NCBI RefSeq assembly: GCF_004010195.1
Contig: NC_057718.1
Span: forward strand, 94,473,205-94,537,204
Direction of reading: 5' to 3'
From: Chiloscyllium plagiosum
Taxonomy: Eukaryota
DNA length: 64,000 nt
The translations under genes were made by a program, and so were the position numbers. The notes under the pieces are model-generated. The model was not told where the DNA came from, made no database searches, and saw only the letters and a list, made by a program, of their open reading frames with translations. Positions 48,255 through 60,978 of this stretch are shown in pieces; position 1 is the stretch's first letter; the number at the start of each line of letters is the position of its first letter.

Positions 48255-49180
48255 GTTCATATAATGTAGGAGATATAGTTATTAAGTTTGCAGACAACAT
48301 CAAAATTGGTAATGTAGTAGATGGCGAAGAAGATTATCTCAGAGGATAACATGACCTTGATCAGATAGGCTGATGGGTTGAGGAGTGGCAGATGGAGTTG
48401 TTTTAGACAAATGTGAGGTGCTACATTTTGGAAAGGCAAATCAAGGCAGGACTTATACATTTAATGGTAATGTCTTGGGGAGTGTTACTGAACAAAGAGA
48501 CCTTGGAGTGCAGATTGATAGTTCCTTGAAAATAGTGTCACAGGTAGATAGGATAGTAAAGAAGGTGTTTGGTACACTTGTTTTATAGGCCAGTGCATCA
48601 AGTATAGGAGTTGGGAGGTCATGTTGCAGCTGTACAGGACATTAGTGAGGGCACTTTTGATACGTTGTGTGCAAATCTGGTCTCCCTCCTATTGGAAGGA
48701 TGTTGGGAAACTTGAAAGGGCTCGGAAAACATTTACAAGGACGTTGCCATGGGTTGGAGTGTTTGAGCTATGGAGAGAGACTGATTAGGTTGGGACTACT
48801 TTTCCTGGAAAGTTGGAGGCTGAGGGGTGACCTTATTGAAATTTATAAAATCATAAAGAGCTTAGTTAGGCTGAATAGCCAAGGTCTTTTCCCGGAATAT
48901 GGGAGTCAAAACAGGTTAAAGGTGAGAGGGGAAAGATTTAGAAGAGACCTAAGGGGAAACATTCTCATGCAGAGGGTGCTGCGTGTATGGAATGAGCTGC
49001 CCGAGGAAATATTGGAGGCTGGCACAATTACAGCATTTAAAGGGCATCTGGATGGGTACAGAATTAAAGAGGGGTATGGGCCAAATGCTGGCAAATAGGA
49101 CTGGGTTAAGTTAGGATACCTGGTTGGCATGGACAGGTTGGACCGAAGATTCTCCATGCCGTACAGTTCTTTATCTCTAC
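48255..49180 (+). mobile_element. CR1 RT/3' fragment
   Basis: KFADN, DKCEVLHFGKANQGR, WRLRGDLIEIYKI, RVWNELPEE. Confidence 0.9.
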
Positions 49181-50538
49181 ATCAATATTAACATTTTTAT
49201 CAAGAATGATGATCTGTTTCTAAAATAAGTTTGATTACGAACCTCGTATATGACAGTGCTTGGATTTGCAAAGGGATGAGTATCAAATCTTCAAGCTTGC
49301 GGTGATAAATGCATGGATCAAAATTCCAGCTGCGGTGGAATAAGATAGGAGCAGAGGTGAATGAAGATGAAGGTAGACCGGCTTAGTGATACCTCACTTC
49401 TGAGATTTGAGCCTGAGCTGAGGGTTGGCTATGAGGATGTATGCTGTCAAGGTTGAATTTGATCAGGCACTGAATGAAGTTAATCGGTCAGGGAGACAAG
49501 ACTGTGCAGTTTTTACAAGAATTAGCCCTTGCCAGCGCTTCACGGCACAGACCCTCAGATCATTCTCAGGTTGTCACACTAGCAGTAATGTCTGAGGTGA
49601 AATGTTGAAGAGGATTCTAGCGCAAATTGCACTGAGCTAATGAAATGCAGAAGGACTCAACCTGTGGAAACATTATTGAAATAACAACAGAAACTCCTGA
49701 AGAGATTCAATGGTCTGGCAGCATGAGGGAGAAGCAGAGCTGATGTTTTTGAGTCCAATATGACTCTCACTCAGAACTGACTGACTTTTGGAAGCATGGA
49801 TAACTAGAACGTAGATAATGGAAGTTTTACCAAGCCGTGAAGAGAAGGATGGAAAATTTTTCAAACAGTCTAAATTTAACTTGAAGGAGTATGTCACATC
49901 CATGGCATTACAGAAGTTTTATCTTAAACTGACGACATTTCAATACATTCATTGACAGGATGCAAGCCGTTTCAACTGTGTCGTCTAATCACTCAGTATT
50001 ATTTCCTGAACGTTACTTCCTCAAATTAAAACGTTTGTCAGTGATGAGTTAATGACATATAGTATAGTACTTCACTGTGTAATTCAATGTCGCAAGACTA
50101 ATAGTACATTGAGTTCTGTGTGCTTTGGTGGCATTTTTTTGACTGAAATAATAGATAATGTATCAGTCTGATTTAGTAATTTACCAACAGAAATTGGTTT
50201 AGTATGTCCATTATTCAAACAGTAATATAATATAAAATTATATCTAAAATTAGCATGAACTAATAGTGAGCCTAAAGACATTTTAACTAGAAGCTGGCCT
50301 TATCTATGTCATGCCTCTTGGCTATGGTGTAAAATTTGTTTAAATTAATCGCGTTCTGCACCTTCTGAAGAATAAACTGCCTTTAATTTTAGTCCTTCTC
50401 TTCCTGCCACTTCTGTTTGTGACATTTACCATTTATCATCCTTTCTCCCCTTCACCCCAACATATTGCTTCCTATTCAGAATAAACCTCTCAGCTGATAA
50501 GAAGCTGCTTAAAAATGTCAGTGAAAAAATCTAGGGAG

Positions 50539-50565
50539 GGAGAGAGAGAGAGAGAGAGAGAGAGA
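50539..50565. repeat. (GA)n microsatellite
   Basis: Direct reading. Confidence 0.9.
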
Positions 50566-50628
50566 CAGTGCAAAATGAGAAATGGAAATGCGGTTGTGCA
50601 GGGGGATCTAACCAATTTCAAAACCATT

Positions 50629-50966
50629 TGTAACCCGCCCAACCTTCCAGCTGGTCTGCAGAGCTCACTCCCTGTTATAAACACATATTTGACCACATTT
50701 TCCATTCATACAGTCAACACATTCTTGTCTGTTGAACTTCAGCATCCAAAAAAACAACCACTAGTGAGTCTGAATTTATTGGGGACCAAAGGTTCCAGCC
50801 CAAATTAATTTTATAAGCGAGTCACCACCCTTGATAAAAAATACTAAAATTAATCTGAACTAAGGCACATACTAATGTGCTGACTCTATGAATGGAGAGT
50901 GTGGTAAATCTGTGTTTTCATGAGAGAGTGAGCTCTGCAAACCATCTGGAAGGTTTGGCAGTTACA
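50629..50966. mobile_element. MITE-like element with ~100-bp imperfect inverted arms
   Basis: TGTAACCCGCCCAACCTTCCAG...CTGGAAGGTTTGGCAGTTACA; a single arm also occurs at ~48157-48250. Confidence 0.65.
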
Positions 50967-50996
50967 TCGGACCTTGCTCCTAACACATGGTTAATA

Positions 50997-51360
50997 AGAA
51001 AACATAGGAGTAGGCCATTCGGCCCTTTGAGCCTGCATCACCATTCATATGATCATACCTGATCATGCGGTTACAGCTTTCTCTCCCTATCCCTTGATCC
51101 CTTCAGTTGAAAAGGCCATATCCAACGAATTGACCCCAACAGCTTTCTGCAGGATGAGAATTCCACAGGTTCACAACTCTCTGAGGGAAGAAATTCTTCC
51201 ACATTTCAGTCCTGAATGGCTTACCCCTTATTCTTAGACTGTGACCCCTGGACTTCCCCAACATCAGGAACATCCTTCTGTCTGTTCAGTCCCATCAGGA
51301 TTTTATATGTTTCTATGAGGTCTCCTCTCATTCATTGAGTACAAATTGAGTCGAGCCAAA
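50997..51360 (-). mobile_element. CR1 tail, decayed
   Basis: GGAGTAGGCCATTCGGCCC...GAATTCCACAGGTTCACAACTCTCTG. Confidence 0.8.
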
Positions 51361-51364
51361 TATT

Positions 51365-51690
51365 GGGCCGCACGGTGACTCAGTGGTTACCACTGCTGCC
51401 TCACAGCGCCAGGGACCTGGGTTTGATTCCCACCTCGGGCAACTGTCTGTGTGGAGTTTGCACGTTCTCCCTGTGTCTGCGTGGGTTTCCTCCGGGTGCT
51501 CCGGTTTCCTCCCACAGTCCAAAGATATGCAGGTCAGGTGAATTGGCCATGCTAAATTGCCCCGTGGTGTTAGGTGGATTAGTCAGGGGTAAATGTAGGG
51601 GAATGGGTCTGGGTGGGTTTCTCTTCGGAAAGTCGGTGCGGACTTGTTGGGCCGAAGGGCCTGTTTCCACACTGTAGGGAATCTAATCTC
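51365..51690 (+). mobile_element. HE1-like SINE, well preserved
   Basis: Full head, core GTGTCTGCGTGGGTTTCCTCCGGGTGCTCCGGTTTCC, tail. Confidence 0.92.
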
Positions 51691-52194
51691 ATGAAAAAAT
51701 CCAGAAATCTGCCTGCATTACAAGAATGCTCCTCTGGGACCCACAAAGTTCAAGCCAGCCCTGTCTAGGCCATCCATCCTTCCCTATGTCAAGGTTCCAT
51801 GGAGCGCCTGCCCTCTGCTTCTCCCCTGACAGCTACCAGTTGTTTCCTGCATGCTGTACTCCTGGAACAAACAATTAATGGTCTGGTTACATAGTAATGA
51901 ACCTGTTAGATAAAACCACTGTGGCCCTATGTGACTGTAGTCAGGCAGGAAACTAACTGAAACTAATGGCTCCCTGATGGAAACCTGTTCGCACTTCTCA
52001 CCATTACCTTCCCCAATCTACATTGTTTCCAACATCCATCCAACTAGTAGTTTTAATGTAGGAAACAAGTACAGACATTAATTAGAGAAACACCCTCTTC
52101 TAGGGTCCAATTTTAGCTGTGGATGTGAATAATTTTAGAGTGAGTTAAAATTTACCTTGTAATATCTAGGTTTATATACATGTAAAAAACATTA

Positions 52195-52605
52195 CATTGA
52201 ACAGATGGGCAGGAAACTAGCCAACAGAATACATGAGCACCAACTAACCACCAAAAGACATGACCAACTATCACTAGTATCCACACACACAGACGAAGAG
52301 GGAGACCAGTTTGACTGGGACAATACATCCATCCTAGGACAGGCTAAGGAAAGACATGCACAGGAATTCCTAGAGGCCTGGCATTCAAAACAGAACTCCA
52401 TTAACAAACACATCGATTTGGTACCCATTTGCCAACCTCTCAGAAAAAGAACTGGAAAGTGATATCTCCCACCACAATAGACCAAGACAGATATATAGCA
52501 AGTGGGACAGAACATCAGAGGCTGACCGATGATGTTACCCAGCAAGGTGAGGAAAGCATCTGAGAACAAATCTACCAGCTCAGCGAGTAAGCATACAACC
52601 ATACA
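52195..52605 (+). mobile_element. Older PLE endonuclease/pLTR fragment
   Basis: GRKLANRIHEHQLTTKRHDQLS...QEFLEAWHS; decayed hammerhead CCGATGA-TGTTACC...GGTGAG-GAAAG at ~52526-52560. Confidence 0.82.
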
Positions 52606-52619
52606 TGTAAAGTCACTAA

Positions 52620-52815
52620 AGTCCAATTGGACTGCACACTCATCAGAGGGAGTGATGACCAGTGGTGGTTTAACCTGAGGGTCACCATGTGTCGGGTGAG
52701 GGGAAAGGTTGAGAAGGAGAGTCCATCATGATAAACTCAGCTGGTTTGGGCGTTGAACCCCCTCTGTTGGCATCACTCTTCATTGCAAACCAAACGTCCA
52801 GCTAACTGAGCTAAC
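52620..52815 (-). mobile_element. Third tRNA-derived SINE family
   Basis: Minus head TAGCTCAGTTAGCTGG...GGTTCAACGCC. Confidence 0.6.
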
Positions 52816-54037
52816 AATTCAACTGAGTGCAATGGCTCTTTAGTGCATAATGATTACTTGAGCCTAGGTTAATAGTATTGAGCAAGAATATTGAAAGTCT
52901 TGTGTTCATCTGTCTGCCACATTCAAATATAGCACACCCAGAAGTCTCACCTCAGATGTCAGAGCTAAAAAATCGTTACCCCACCCCCCCCACCCCGCCT
53001 CCCCGCCCCCCAAAGTAAGCCTGCTCAGCAATATGTAGCAATCAGTATTGGCTTTAATAATCTGCTATTAATTAAGTGTCCAAAGAGTGAAGAGAGATAA
53101 AGAAGGAGCAAAGCGTATCAGTAAGGAATGAGTAGCCAGTGGAAAACCGGGCAGTGAAGGCTGGCATTTTGCTTTCAGAGATGCAATTCCTGAGCTGAAT
53201 ACCTGGAAGAACTGCACCACTTTGTCAAATCCATTTGGTCATTTCTTTGAGTTGCTAAAACCACATGTGAAATTAAGCTGCCGTAATTCAAGCGATGGAG
53301 GAGCTGGTGTTGGACTGGGGTGTACAAAATTAAAAAATCACACAACACCCTACGATCTTATACTCTGCAACCACTTGATGAAGGAGCAGTGCTCTGAAGG
53401 CTACTGCTTCTGAATAAACCTGTTGGACTTTAATCCGCTATGGTGCTGATCACTCAAAGTCCGAATTGATGTGGCAACATACACGATCCAGCTTAATGTT
53501 GCAGTGTGGATGATAGAGTCTCCAACAGGTTTTCCATCATATACTGACCAGTAATTCCCCCCCCCCCCCGTTTCCTTACAACCCACTTTAGCATGTGTTC
53601 GAAGGATTTTAAAGGTTGATACTGGACATTGGCTGGACATGTTATGAGAAAATAACATTAGTTGATTGACTGAATACCAAGCATTTTTTCATAATACCAT
53701 TCCTAAACAGGATACAGCTGTGTTTAGTAATCTCACAGCAAGCCATTAATTGTCAAGTCAACAGAGACCTCACTACCAGAAGCAGATGCTATTGGCCGAA
53801 CCAGGTTATGGTTATTGAGTACAGTGCACCAGTCTCACCAATGTGGGGAGAAGAACAGCAGAAAGTAGTAAGGAAATAGGCTCAATACTATCACATTGAT
53901 GGTCTCACGTCCAGAAGAAAAATAACGAGCGAAGATGGCAGTGGAGAAAGATCCTGCAGCTGCATTTCTTTATCTTTATTTTTCTCTTTTTGTGTTTCTT
54001 CTCCCTCATTTCTTCCTTCTTGGCGACATCCTGAATT

Positions 54038-57000
54038 CCCAGCCACAGCGCGGACTCGGAATCTCAGTCTCAGCGCAGATTCGGGTTCTCGGCCTCAATG
54101 CGGACTCGGATTCTCGGCCTCAATGCGGACTCGGATTCTCAGCCTCCACGCGGACTCGGATTCTCAGCCTCCACGCGGACTCGGATTCTCGGCCTCAGCG
54201 CGGACTCGGATTCTCGGCCTCAATGCGGACTCGGATTCTCAGCCTCCACACGGACTCGGATTCTCGGCCTCCACGCGGACTCGGATTCTCGGCCTCAATG
54301 CGGACTCGGATTCTCAGCCTCCACGCGGACTCGGATTCTCGGCCTCAGCGCGGACTCAGATTCTCGGCCTCAGCGCGGACTCGGATTCTCAGCCTCAGCG
54401 TGGACTTGGATTCTCAGCCTCAGCGCGGACTCGGATTCTAAGCCTCAGTACGGACTCGGATTCTAAGCCTCAGCACGGACTCGGATTCTAAGCCTCAGCA
54501 CGGTCTCGGATTCTCAGACACAATGCGGTCTCGGATTCTCAGCCTCAGCACGGACTCGGATTCTCAGCCTCAGCGCAGACCCAGATTCTCAGACACAGTG
54601 CGGTCTCAGATTCTCGGCCTCAGCACGGACTTGGATGTTCGGCCTCAGCACGGACTCGGATTCCCAGCCACAGCACGGACTCGGATTCTTAGCCTCAGTG
54701 TGGACTCAGATTCTTGGCCTTAACGCGGACTCGGATTCTCAGCCTCAGCACGGACTCGGATTCTCGGCCTCAACGCAGACTCGGATTCTCGGCCTCAACG
54801 TGGACTCGGATTCTCAGCCTCAGCACGGAATCGGATTCTCAGATACAGTGCGGTCTCCGATTCTTAGCCTCAGTGCGGACTCGGATTCTCAGCCTCAGCA
54901 TGGACTCGGATTCTCAGCCTCAGCGCGGACTCGGACTCAGATTCTCGGTCTCAGCGTGGACTAGGATTCTCAGCCTCAGCGCGAACTCGGATTCTCGGCC
55001 TTAGTGCGGACTCGAATTCTTGGCCACAACGCGGACTCGGATTCTCGGCCTCAGTGCAGACTCGGATTCTCGGCCTCAGTGCGGTCTCAGATTCTCGGCC
55101 TCAGTGCGGACTCGAATTCTTGGCCACAATGCGGACTCGGATTCTCGGCCTCAGCGCGGACTCGGATTCTTGGTCTCAGCGCAGACTCGGACTCAGATTC
55201 TCGGCCTCAGCGCAGACTCGGATTCTTGGCCTCAACGCGGACTCGGATTCTCAGCCTCAACGCAGACTCGGATTCACGGCCTCAGCATGGACTCGGATTC
55301 TCGGCCTCAACGCGGACTCGGATTCTCAGCCCAAACGCAGACTCGGATTCACGGCCTCAGCATGGACTCGGATTCTCAGCCTCAGCGCGGACTCGGATTC
55401 TTGGTCTCAGCGCGGACTCGGATTCTTGGTTTCAGCATGGACTCGGATTCTCAGCCTCAGCACGGACCCGGGTTCTCAGCCTCAGCATGGACCCGGATTC
55501 TCAGACACAGTGCGGTCTCCGATTCTTAGCCTCAGTGCGGACTCGGATTTTCAGCCTCAGCGCGGACTCGGACTCAGATTCTCGGTCTCAGCGTGGACTA
55601 GGATTCTCAGCCTCAGCACGGACTCGGATTCTCGGCCTCAGCGCAGACTCGGATTCTCGGCCTCAGCGCAGACTTGGATTCTTGGCCTCAGCACGGACTC
55701 GGATTCTTGGCCTCAGCGCGGACTCGTATTCTCGGCCTTAGCACGGACACAGATTCTCAGCCTCAGTGAGGACTCGGATTCTCAGCCACAGCACGGACTT
55801 GGATTCTCAGACACAGTGCGGTCTCAGATTCTCAGCCTCAGCGCGGACTCGAATTCTCGGTCTCAGCGCAGACTCGGATTCTCGGCCTCAGCGCGGACTC
55901 GGATTCTTGGTCTCAGCGCGGACTCGGACTCAGATTGTCGGCCTCAGCGCAGACTCGGATTCTCGGCCTCAACCCGGACTCGGATTCTCAGCCTCAGCAC
56001 GGACTCGGATTCTCAGCCTCAGCGCGGACTCGGATTCTTGGTCTCAGCGCGGACTCGGACTCAGATTGTTGGCCTCAGCGCAGACTCGGGTTCTCGGCCT
56101 CAATCCGGACTCGGATTCTCAGCCTCAACACGGACTCGGATTCTCGGTCTCAGCGCGGACTCGGATTCTCGGTCTCAGCGCAGACTCGGATTCTCAGCCT
56201 CAGTGCGGACTCGGATTCTTGGTCTCAGCACGGACTCGGACTCAGCTTCTCGGTCTCAGCGCGGAATCGGATTCTTGGTCTCAGCGCGGACTCGGACTCA
56301 GCTTCTCGGTCTCAGCGCAGACTCGGATTCTTGGTCTCAGCATGGACTCGGATTCTCAGCCTCAGCACGGACCCGGATTCTCAGACTCAGTGCGGTCTCA
56401 GATTCTTAGCCTCAGTGCGGACTAGGATTCTCATCCTCAGCGCGGACTCGGATTCTCGGCCTCAGCGCAGACTCGGATTCTCAGCCTCAGCGCAGACTTG
56501 GATTCTTGGCCTTAGCACGGACTCATATTCTCAGCCTCAGTGAGGACTCGGATTCTCAGCCACAGCGCGGACTTGGATTCTCACACACAGTGCGGTCTCA
56601 GATTCTCGGCCTCAGTGCGGACTCGGATTCTTGGCCACAACGCGGACTCGGATTCTTGGCCACAACGCGGACTCGGATTCTCGGCCTCAGCGCAGACTCG
56701 GATTCTCGGCCTCAGTGCGGACTCGGATTCTTGGCCACAACGCGGACTCGGATTCTCGGCCTCAGCGCGGACTCGGATTCTTGGTCTCAGCGCGGACTCG
56801 GACTCAGATTCTCGGCCTCAGCGCAGACTCAGATTCTCGGCCTCAATCCGGACTCGGATTCTCAGCCTCAACGCGGACTCGGATTCTCAGCCTCAGCGCG
56901 TACTCGGATTCTCGGCCTCGGCGCGGACTTGGATTCTCAGCATCAGTGTGGACTCGGATTCTCAGCCTCAGCACGGACTCGGATTTTCGGCCTCAGCACG

Positions 57001-57620
57001 GACTTGGATTCTTGGCCTTAGCACGGACTCGGATTCTCAGCCTCAGTGAGGACTCGGATTCTCAGCCACAGCGCGGACTTGGTTCTCAGCCTCAGCACGG
57101 ACTCGGATTCTCAGCCTCAGCGCGGACTCGGATTCATAGCCTCAGTGCGGACTCGGATTCTCAGCCTCAGCGCGTACTCGGATTCTCGGCCTCAGCGCGG
57201 ACTCGGATTCTCGGCCTCAGTGCAGACTCGGATTCTCGGCCTCAGCGCGGACTCGGATTCACGGCCTCAGTGCAGACTCGGATTCTCAGACTCAGCGCGG
57301 CCTCGGATTCTCAGCCTCAGCGCGTACTCGGATTCTCGGCCTCAGCGCGGACTCGGATTCTCGGCCTCAGCATGGACTCGGATTCTCGGTCTCAGCGCGG
57401 ACTCGGATTCTCGACCTCAGCGCGGACTCGGATTCACGGCCTCAGTGCAGACTCGGATTCTCAGCCTCAGCACGGACTCGGATTCTCAGCCTCAGCGCGG
57501 ACTCGGATTCTCAGCCTCAGCGCGGACTCGGATTCTCAGCCTCAGCACGGACTCGGATTCTCGGCCACACGTGGATTCAGATTCCCGTCCACAGCGCAGA
57601 TTCGGATTCTCAGTCTCAGC
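54038..57620 (+). repeat. 25-bp CpG-rich tandem repeat (~140 units; consensus GCGGACTCGGATTCTCRGCCTCAGC)
   Basis: Direct reading; 31-bp variants with a duplicated GGACTC and recurrent CAGACACAGTGCGGTCTC variants. Confidence 0.97.
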
Positions 57621-57625
57621 ATGAA

Positions 57626-58030
57626 AAGTGTGTCCCTCAGGGCCTTTTTAAATCTTTCCCTCTAACCTTAAACCTATACCCTCTAGTTCTGAACATCCCA
57701 ACCCCAGGAAAATGACCTTGTCTATCCACCCTATCCATGCCCCTCATGACTTTATAAACCTCTATGAGGTCACCCTTCAACCTCCGACGGTACAGGGAAA
57801 ACAGCCCCAGCCTATTCAGCCGCTCCTTGTAGCTCAAATCCTCCAACCCTGGAAACATCCTTGTAGATCTGTTCTGAACCCTTTCAATTTTCATAACCTC
57901 CTTCTCATAGCAGGGAGACCAGAATTGCACACAATATTGCAAAAATGTCCTAACCAATGTCCTGTACAGCCGTATACTCAATACTCAATGCTCTGACCAA
58001 TAAGGGAAAGCATATAAAACGCTTTCTTCT
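57626..58030 (-). mobile_element. CR1 3' fragment at the end of the satellite
   Basis: ORF 57637-57981 LQYCVQFWSPCY...RRRLKGDLIEVYKVM. Confidence 0.9.
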
Positions 58031-58414
58031 TGATTTTTTTTATTTTCTGAAGAATTTGTGCTGAAGAATCTGTGGACATGTACCTTGTACCTAAAATGTT
58101 GCCGGAGGTGGTAACTTGTAAACGTTTCACTGTATTCATTTGAGTACACGTGACAATAAAACTAATTAAATTTAAAAGGAAAGACATGATTCCTAAAGGT
58201 CAGGAGAAAATAATGGGGAGCCCAGTACATGTGAATGGGACCTGTCACACACATTGGAAAAGCAGCAGTGAATTTCAACATTTGCTGATAAATTGGAACT
58301 AATTATTATTTGCTTTCAGATTCTTATATTCAATGTAAACATACCAATCATATGACAAAGACTGATGAAACAACAATGCAGATATTCTTTTTAAAGGTAG
58401 GATGGCTCACTGGT

Positions 58415-58730
58415 TAGGGCACGGTGGCTCAGTGGTTAGCACTTTGCCCCACAGTGCCAGGGGCCTGGGTTTGATTCCAGCCTCGGCCAACTGTCTGTGA
58501 GGAGTTTGCACATTGCCCCCGTGTCTGTGCAGGTTTTGTCTGGGTGCTCCAGTTTCCTCTCATAGTCACAAAGATGTACAGGTCAGCTAAAATTGTCCAC
58601 AGTATCCATGGATATGTAGGTTAAGTGCATTAGTCAGAGGTACAATGTAGGATTGGGGTGGGTTACTGTTCAGAGGGTTGGTGTGGACTTGTTGGGCCAA
58701 AGGACCTGTTTCCATACTGGAGGGATTCCA
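58415..58730 (+). mobile_element. HE1-like SINE
   Basis: GGGCACGGTGGCTCAGTGGTTAGC head, core, tail. Confidence 0.88.
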
Positions 58731-58752
58731 AAGAGGACTGTGTACAAATAAT

Positions 58753-58938
58753 AGGCGAAAGTGAGCACTGGAGATTAGAGCCGAGAGTGTGGTGCTGGAA
58801 AAGCACAGCAGGTCAGGCAGCATCCAAGGGGCAGAAGAGTCGACATTTCAGGCAAAAGCTCTTTTGCCCGAAACATCTACTCTTCTGCTCCTCGGATGTT
58901 GTCTGATCTGCTGTGCTTTTCCAGCACCACACTCTCAA
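58753..58938. mobile_element. Foldback PLE-derived insert
   Basis: Arms GAGAGTGTGGTGCTGGAAAAGCACAGCAG / CTGCTGTGCTTTTCCAGCACCACACTCTC meet at ~58860 in hammerhead stem II; degenerate TSD. Confidence 0.78.
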
Positions 58939-59399
58939 CTATGTACAGATTATGTTAACAAGAAGACTGAGTATACATGTGTGACTCCTACATCTGTTGT
59001 TGTAAACTGAGTTCACCTTCACGGGATGGGGATATGGCACGCTGTCTTAATCATGGTGATTGACAGCAATTTCAGCTATTCCTCCTTAAAGGTACCTGTG
59101 CTTCATGTCACAAAATCGCTGACCATGAGGAAGAAGACAGTTCGAGACAGATGGTAGGAATAGTAAGAGGCACCAAATATGGTCCAATAATATTACGGTG
59201 ACTTTATTCACTTGGTGAGAAAGGGAATTAAAGGTGAACAATATTTGGCTCTGTAGCAATGCACATAGTTGAGAATGAATTTTGAAAAAGTCGTGACAAT
59301 TTTCCTGTACAGTCTGCAGCTTAAAATATGATATAGGTTTGATGATTAAATTCAGATTCAAATTTGCATTAATTCATGTCCATGTATTTGTCTGCCATC

Positions 59400-60030
59400 T
59401 TTCGGTGTGAATAGAACCAGGAGTGTAACTGGGTAGATTTAAGCTTCATTAGCTAAATAAATGGCCATCCAATGCACGGCAACACAACTGTAGAAATGTG
59501 AGCTCCTTGTACCGTATTAGGATAATGGGATGGAGTTACCCTGTAATCCCTGTTAATCAGAATTGTCAACCTGAAAGCATTGGGAATGATTGTTGCATAT
59601 TAATGATCATCAGCAAGACACTTGATGAATGATAGAAGTTGTCTACAGGTGTGAGAATTGTTACAGCTTTGTTCATCAAAAAGATGCTGCTCTTTAATTA
59701 CAGGCATCTGTACCAAGTTCTTTTATAAATATGCATCAGCTTTGTGAATGTGGTCCCGGAGGAGGAAGATTAGTGGGTCTTTAGGGATTATACTGTGCTT
59801 GATTTGTACTCTCAGCTTCACTTGCGTGTCACCATATCCTTGACTATAAATCTCACATAGCTCTCTATCCAAATACAAATTCCAAACAAGTTGCAAACAT
59901 TGGATCTTTTCCAAGTTCTTATGACTGAGGCTGGAAGAGTACACTGTCGCTCACTTTCCATTTTTCCACAGATTACAGCGTAAAATAAAAATGTTTTTCC
60001 TATTTTCAGAAGCCTATAAAACTCTAACAA
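59400..60030 (-). mobile_element. Ancient RTE-like RT relic
   Basis: ORF 59723-59944 LVWNLYLDRE...YGDTQ...IIPKDPLIFLL resembles the RTE RT region around NLY...GVRQG; heavily diverged. Confidence 0.4.
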
Positions 60031-60350
60031 GATTAAACAGGGAAGATGCAGGAAGGAAGTTCTTAATGAGTGGGGAGTCCAGGACTAGAGATTACAGCAT
60101 AAGCCATTTAAAACTAAGGTGAAGAGAAATGTCTTCATCCAGAGAGTGGTGAGCCTGTGGAATTCTTTGCAACAGGCAAGGGTTGAGACTCAAACATTGA
60201 ATGCTGTCAAGAAGGAGATAGACTTATTTCTTAGAGCTGAAGGGGTTAAAGAAAGCAGAAACTGGGCACTGGGTGATCAGCCATGACTGTATAGAATGGT
60301 GGAACTTACTCAAAGAGCCAAATGGTCTACTCCTGCTCCTATTTTCTATG
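60030..60350 (+). mobile_element. CR1 tail
   Basis: GAGAGTGGTGAGCCTGTGGAATTC...CTACTCCTGCTCCTATTTTCTATG. Confidence 0.85.
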
Positions 60351-60829
60351 TCTCAAGATGGCTAATTAAACACATTATTTATGTCAGGTTTCTTTAGTAA
60401 AAGAAATTTATTACCAAAACAAAACTTAGTCAAGGAAGTCACAACAACTGATTAACACACACTGCTGGTTATATAGAAGCATAACGGTTCATCCCTCTAA
60501 ATAATCCAAACACACACATATACTTTAAGAAAAGAGAAAGAAAAGCATATTCTCTGCAGAAGTTCACTTTAGTAAAGCTCACATTCTGGCTATTTGGGTT
60601 TTTCAGGAAGAGACAAAGGATGAAGCAAAGAAGGTTCCAATTTTTGTTCTGATGTCCTGAAACATTTGTTCACGCTGCTGATCAGGCATGGTTGTCTCTG
60701 GAATCTTAGCAGACACAGCTTGCTCCGGAAATACAATATTGAGTGGGTTTGTTTGCAGAAAAACCAATACATTTCACCCTGAACTCAATGAAAGAGTCCT
60801 TTTCAGAAATAATAGAACTCATCTCAGCA

Positions 60830-60978
60830 TCCAAGGAGCAGGAGAATCGACGTTTCAAAGGGCTTATGCCTGAAACGTCGATTCTCCTGCTCCTTGGATG
60901 CTGCCTGACCAGCTGTGCTTTTCCAGCAACACATTTTTCAGCTCTGATCTCCAGCATCTGCAGTCCTCACTTTCTCCT
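60830..60978 (+). mobile_element. Foldback PLE-derived insert
   Basis: 14-bp TSD AACTCATCTCAGCA at 60816-60829 and 60979-60992; arms meet at the hammerhead (~60852). Confidence 0.85.

Noticed and set aside
54038..57620. CRISPR array
   Set aside because: Head-to-tail repeats with no unique spacers, no cas genes, vertebrate context.
53935..57665. Long ORFs up to 451 aa (RTRILGLSADSDS repeats)
   Set aside because: The 25-bp unit is stop-free on +, so all three frames give the same cyclic peptide; no frame preference, so an artefact of the repeat.
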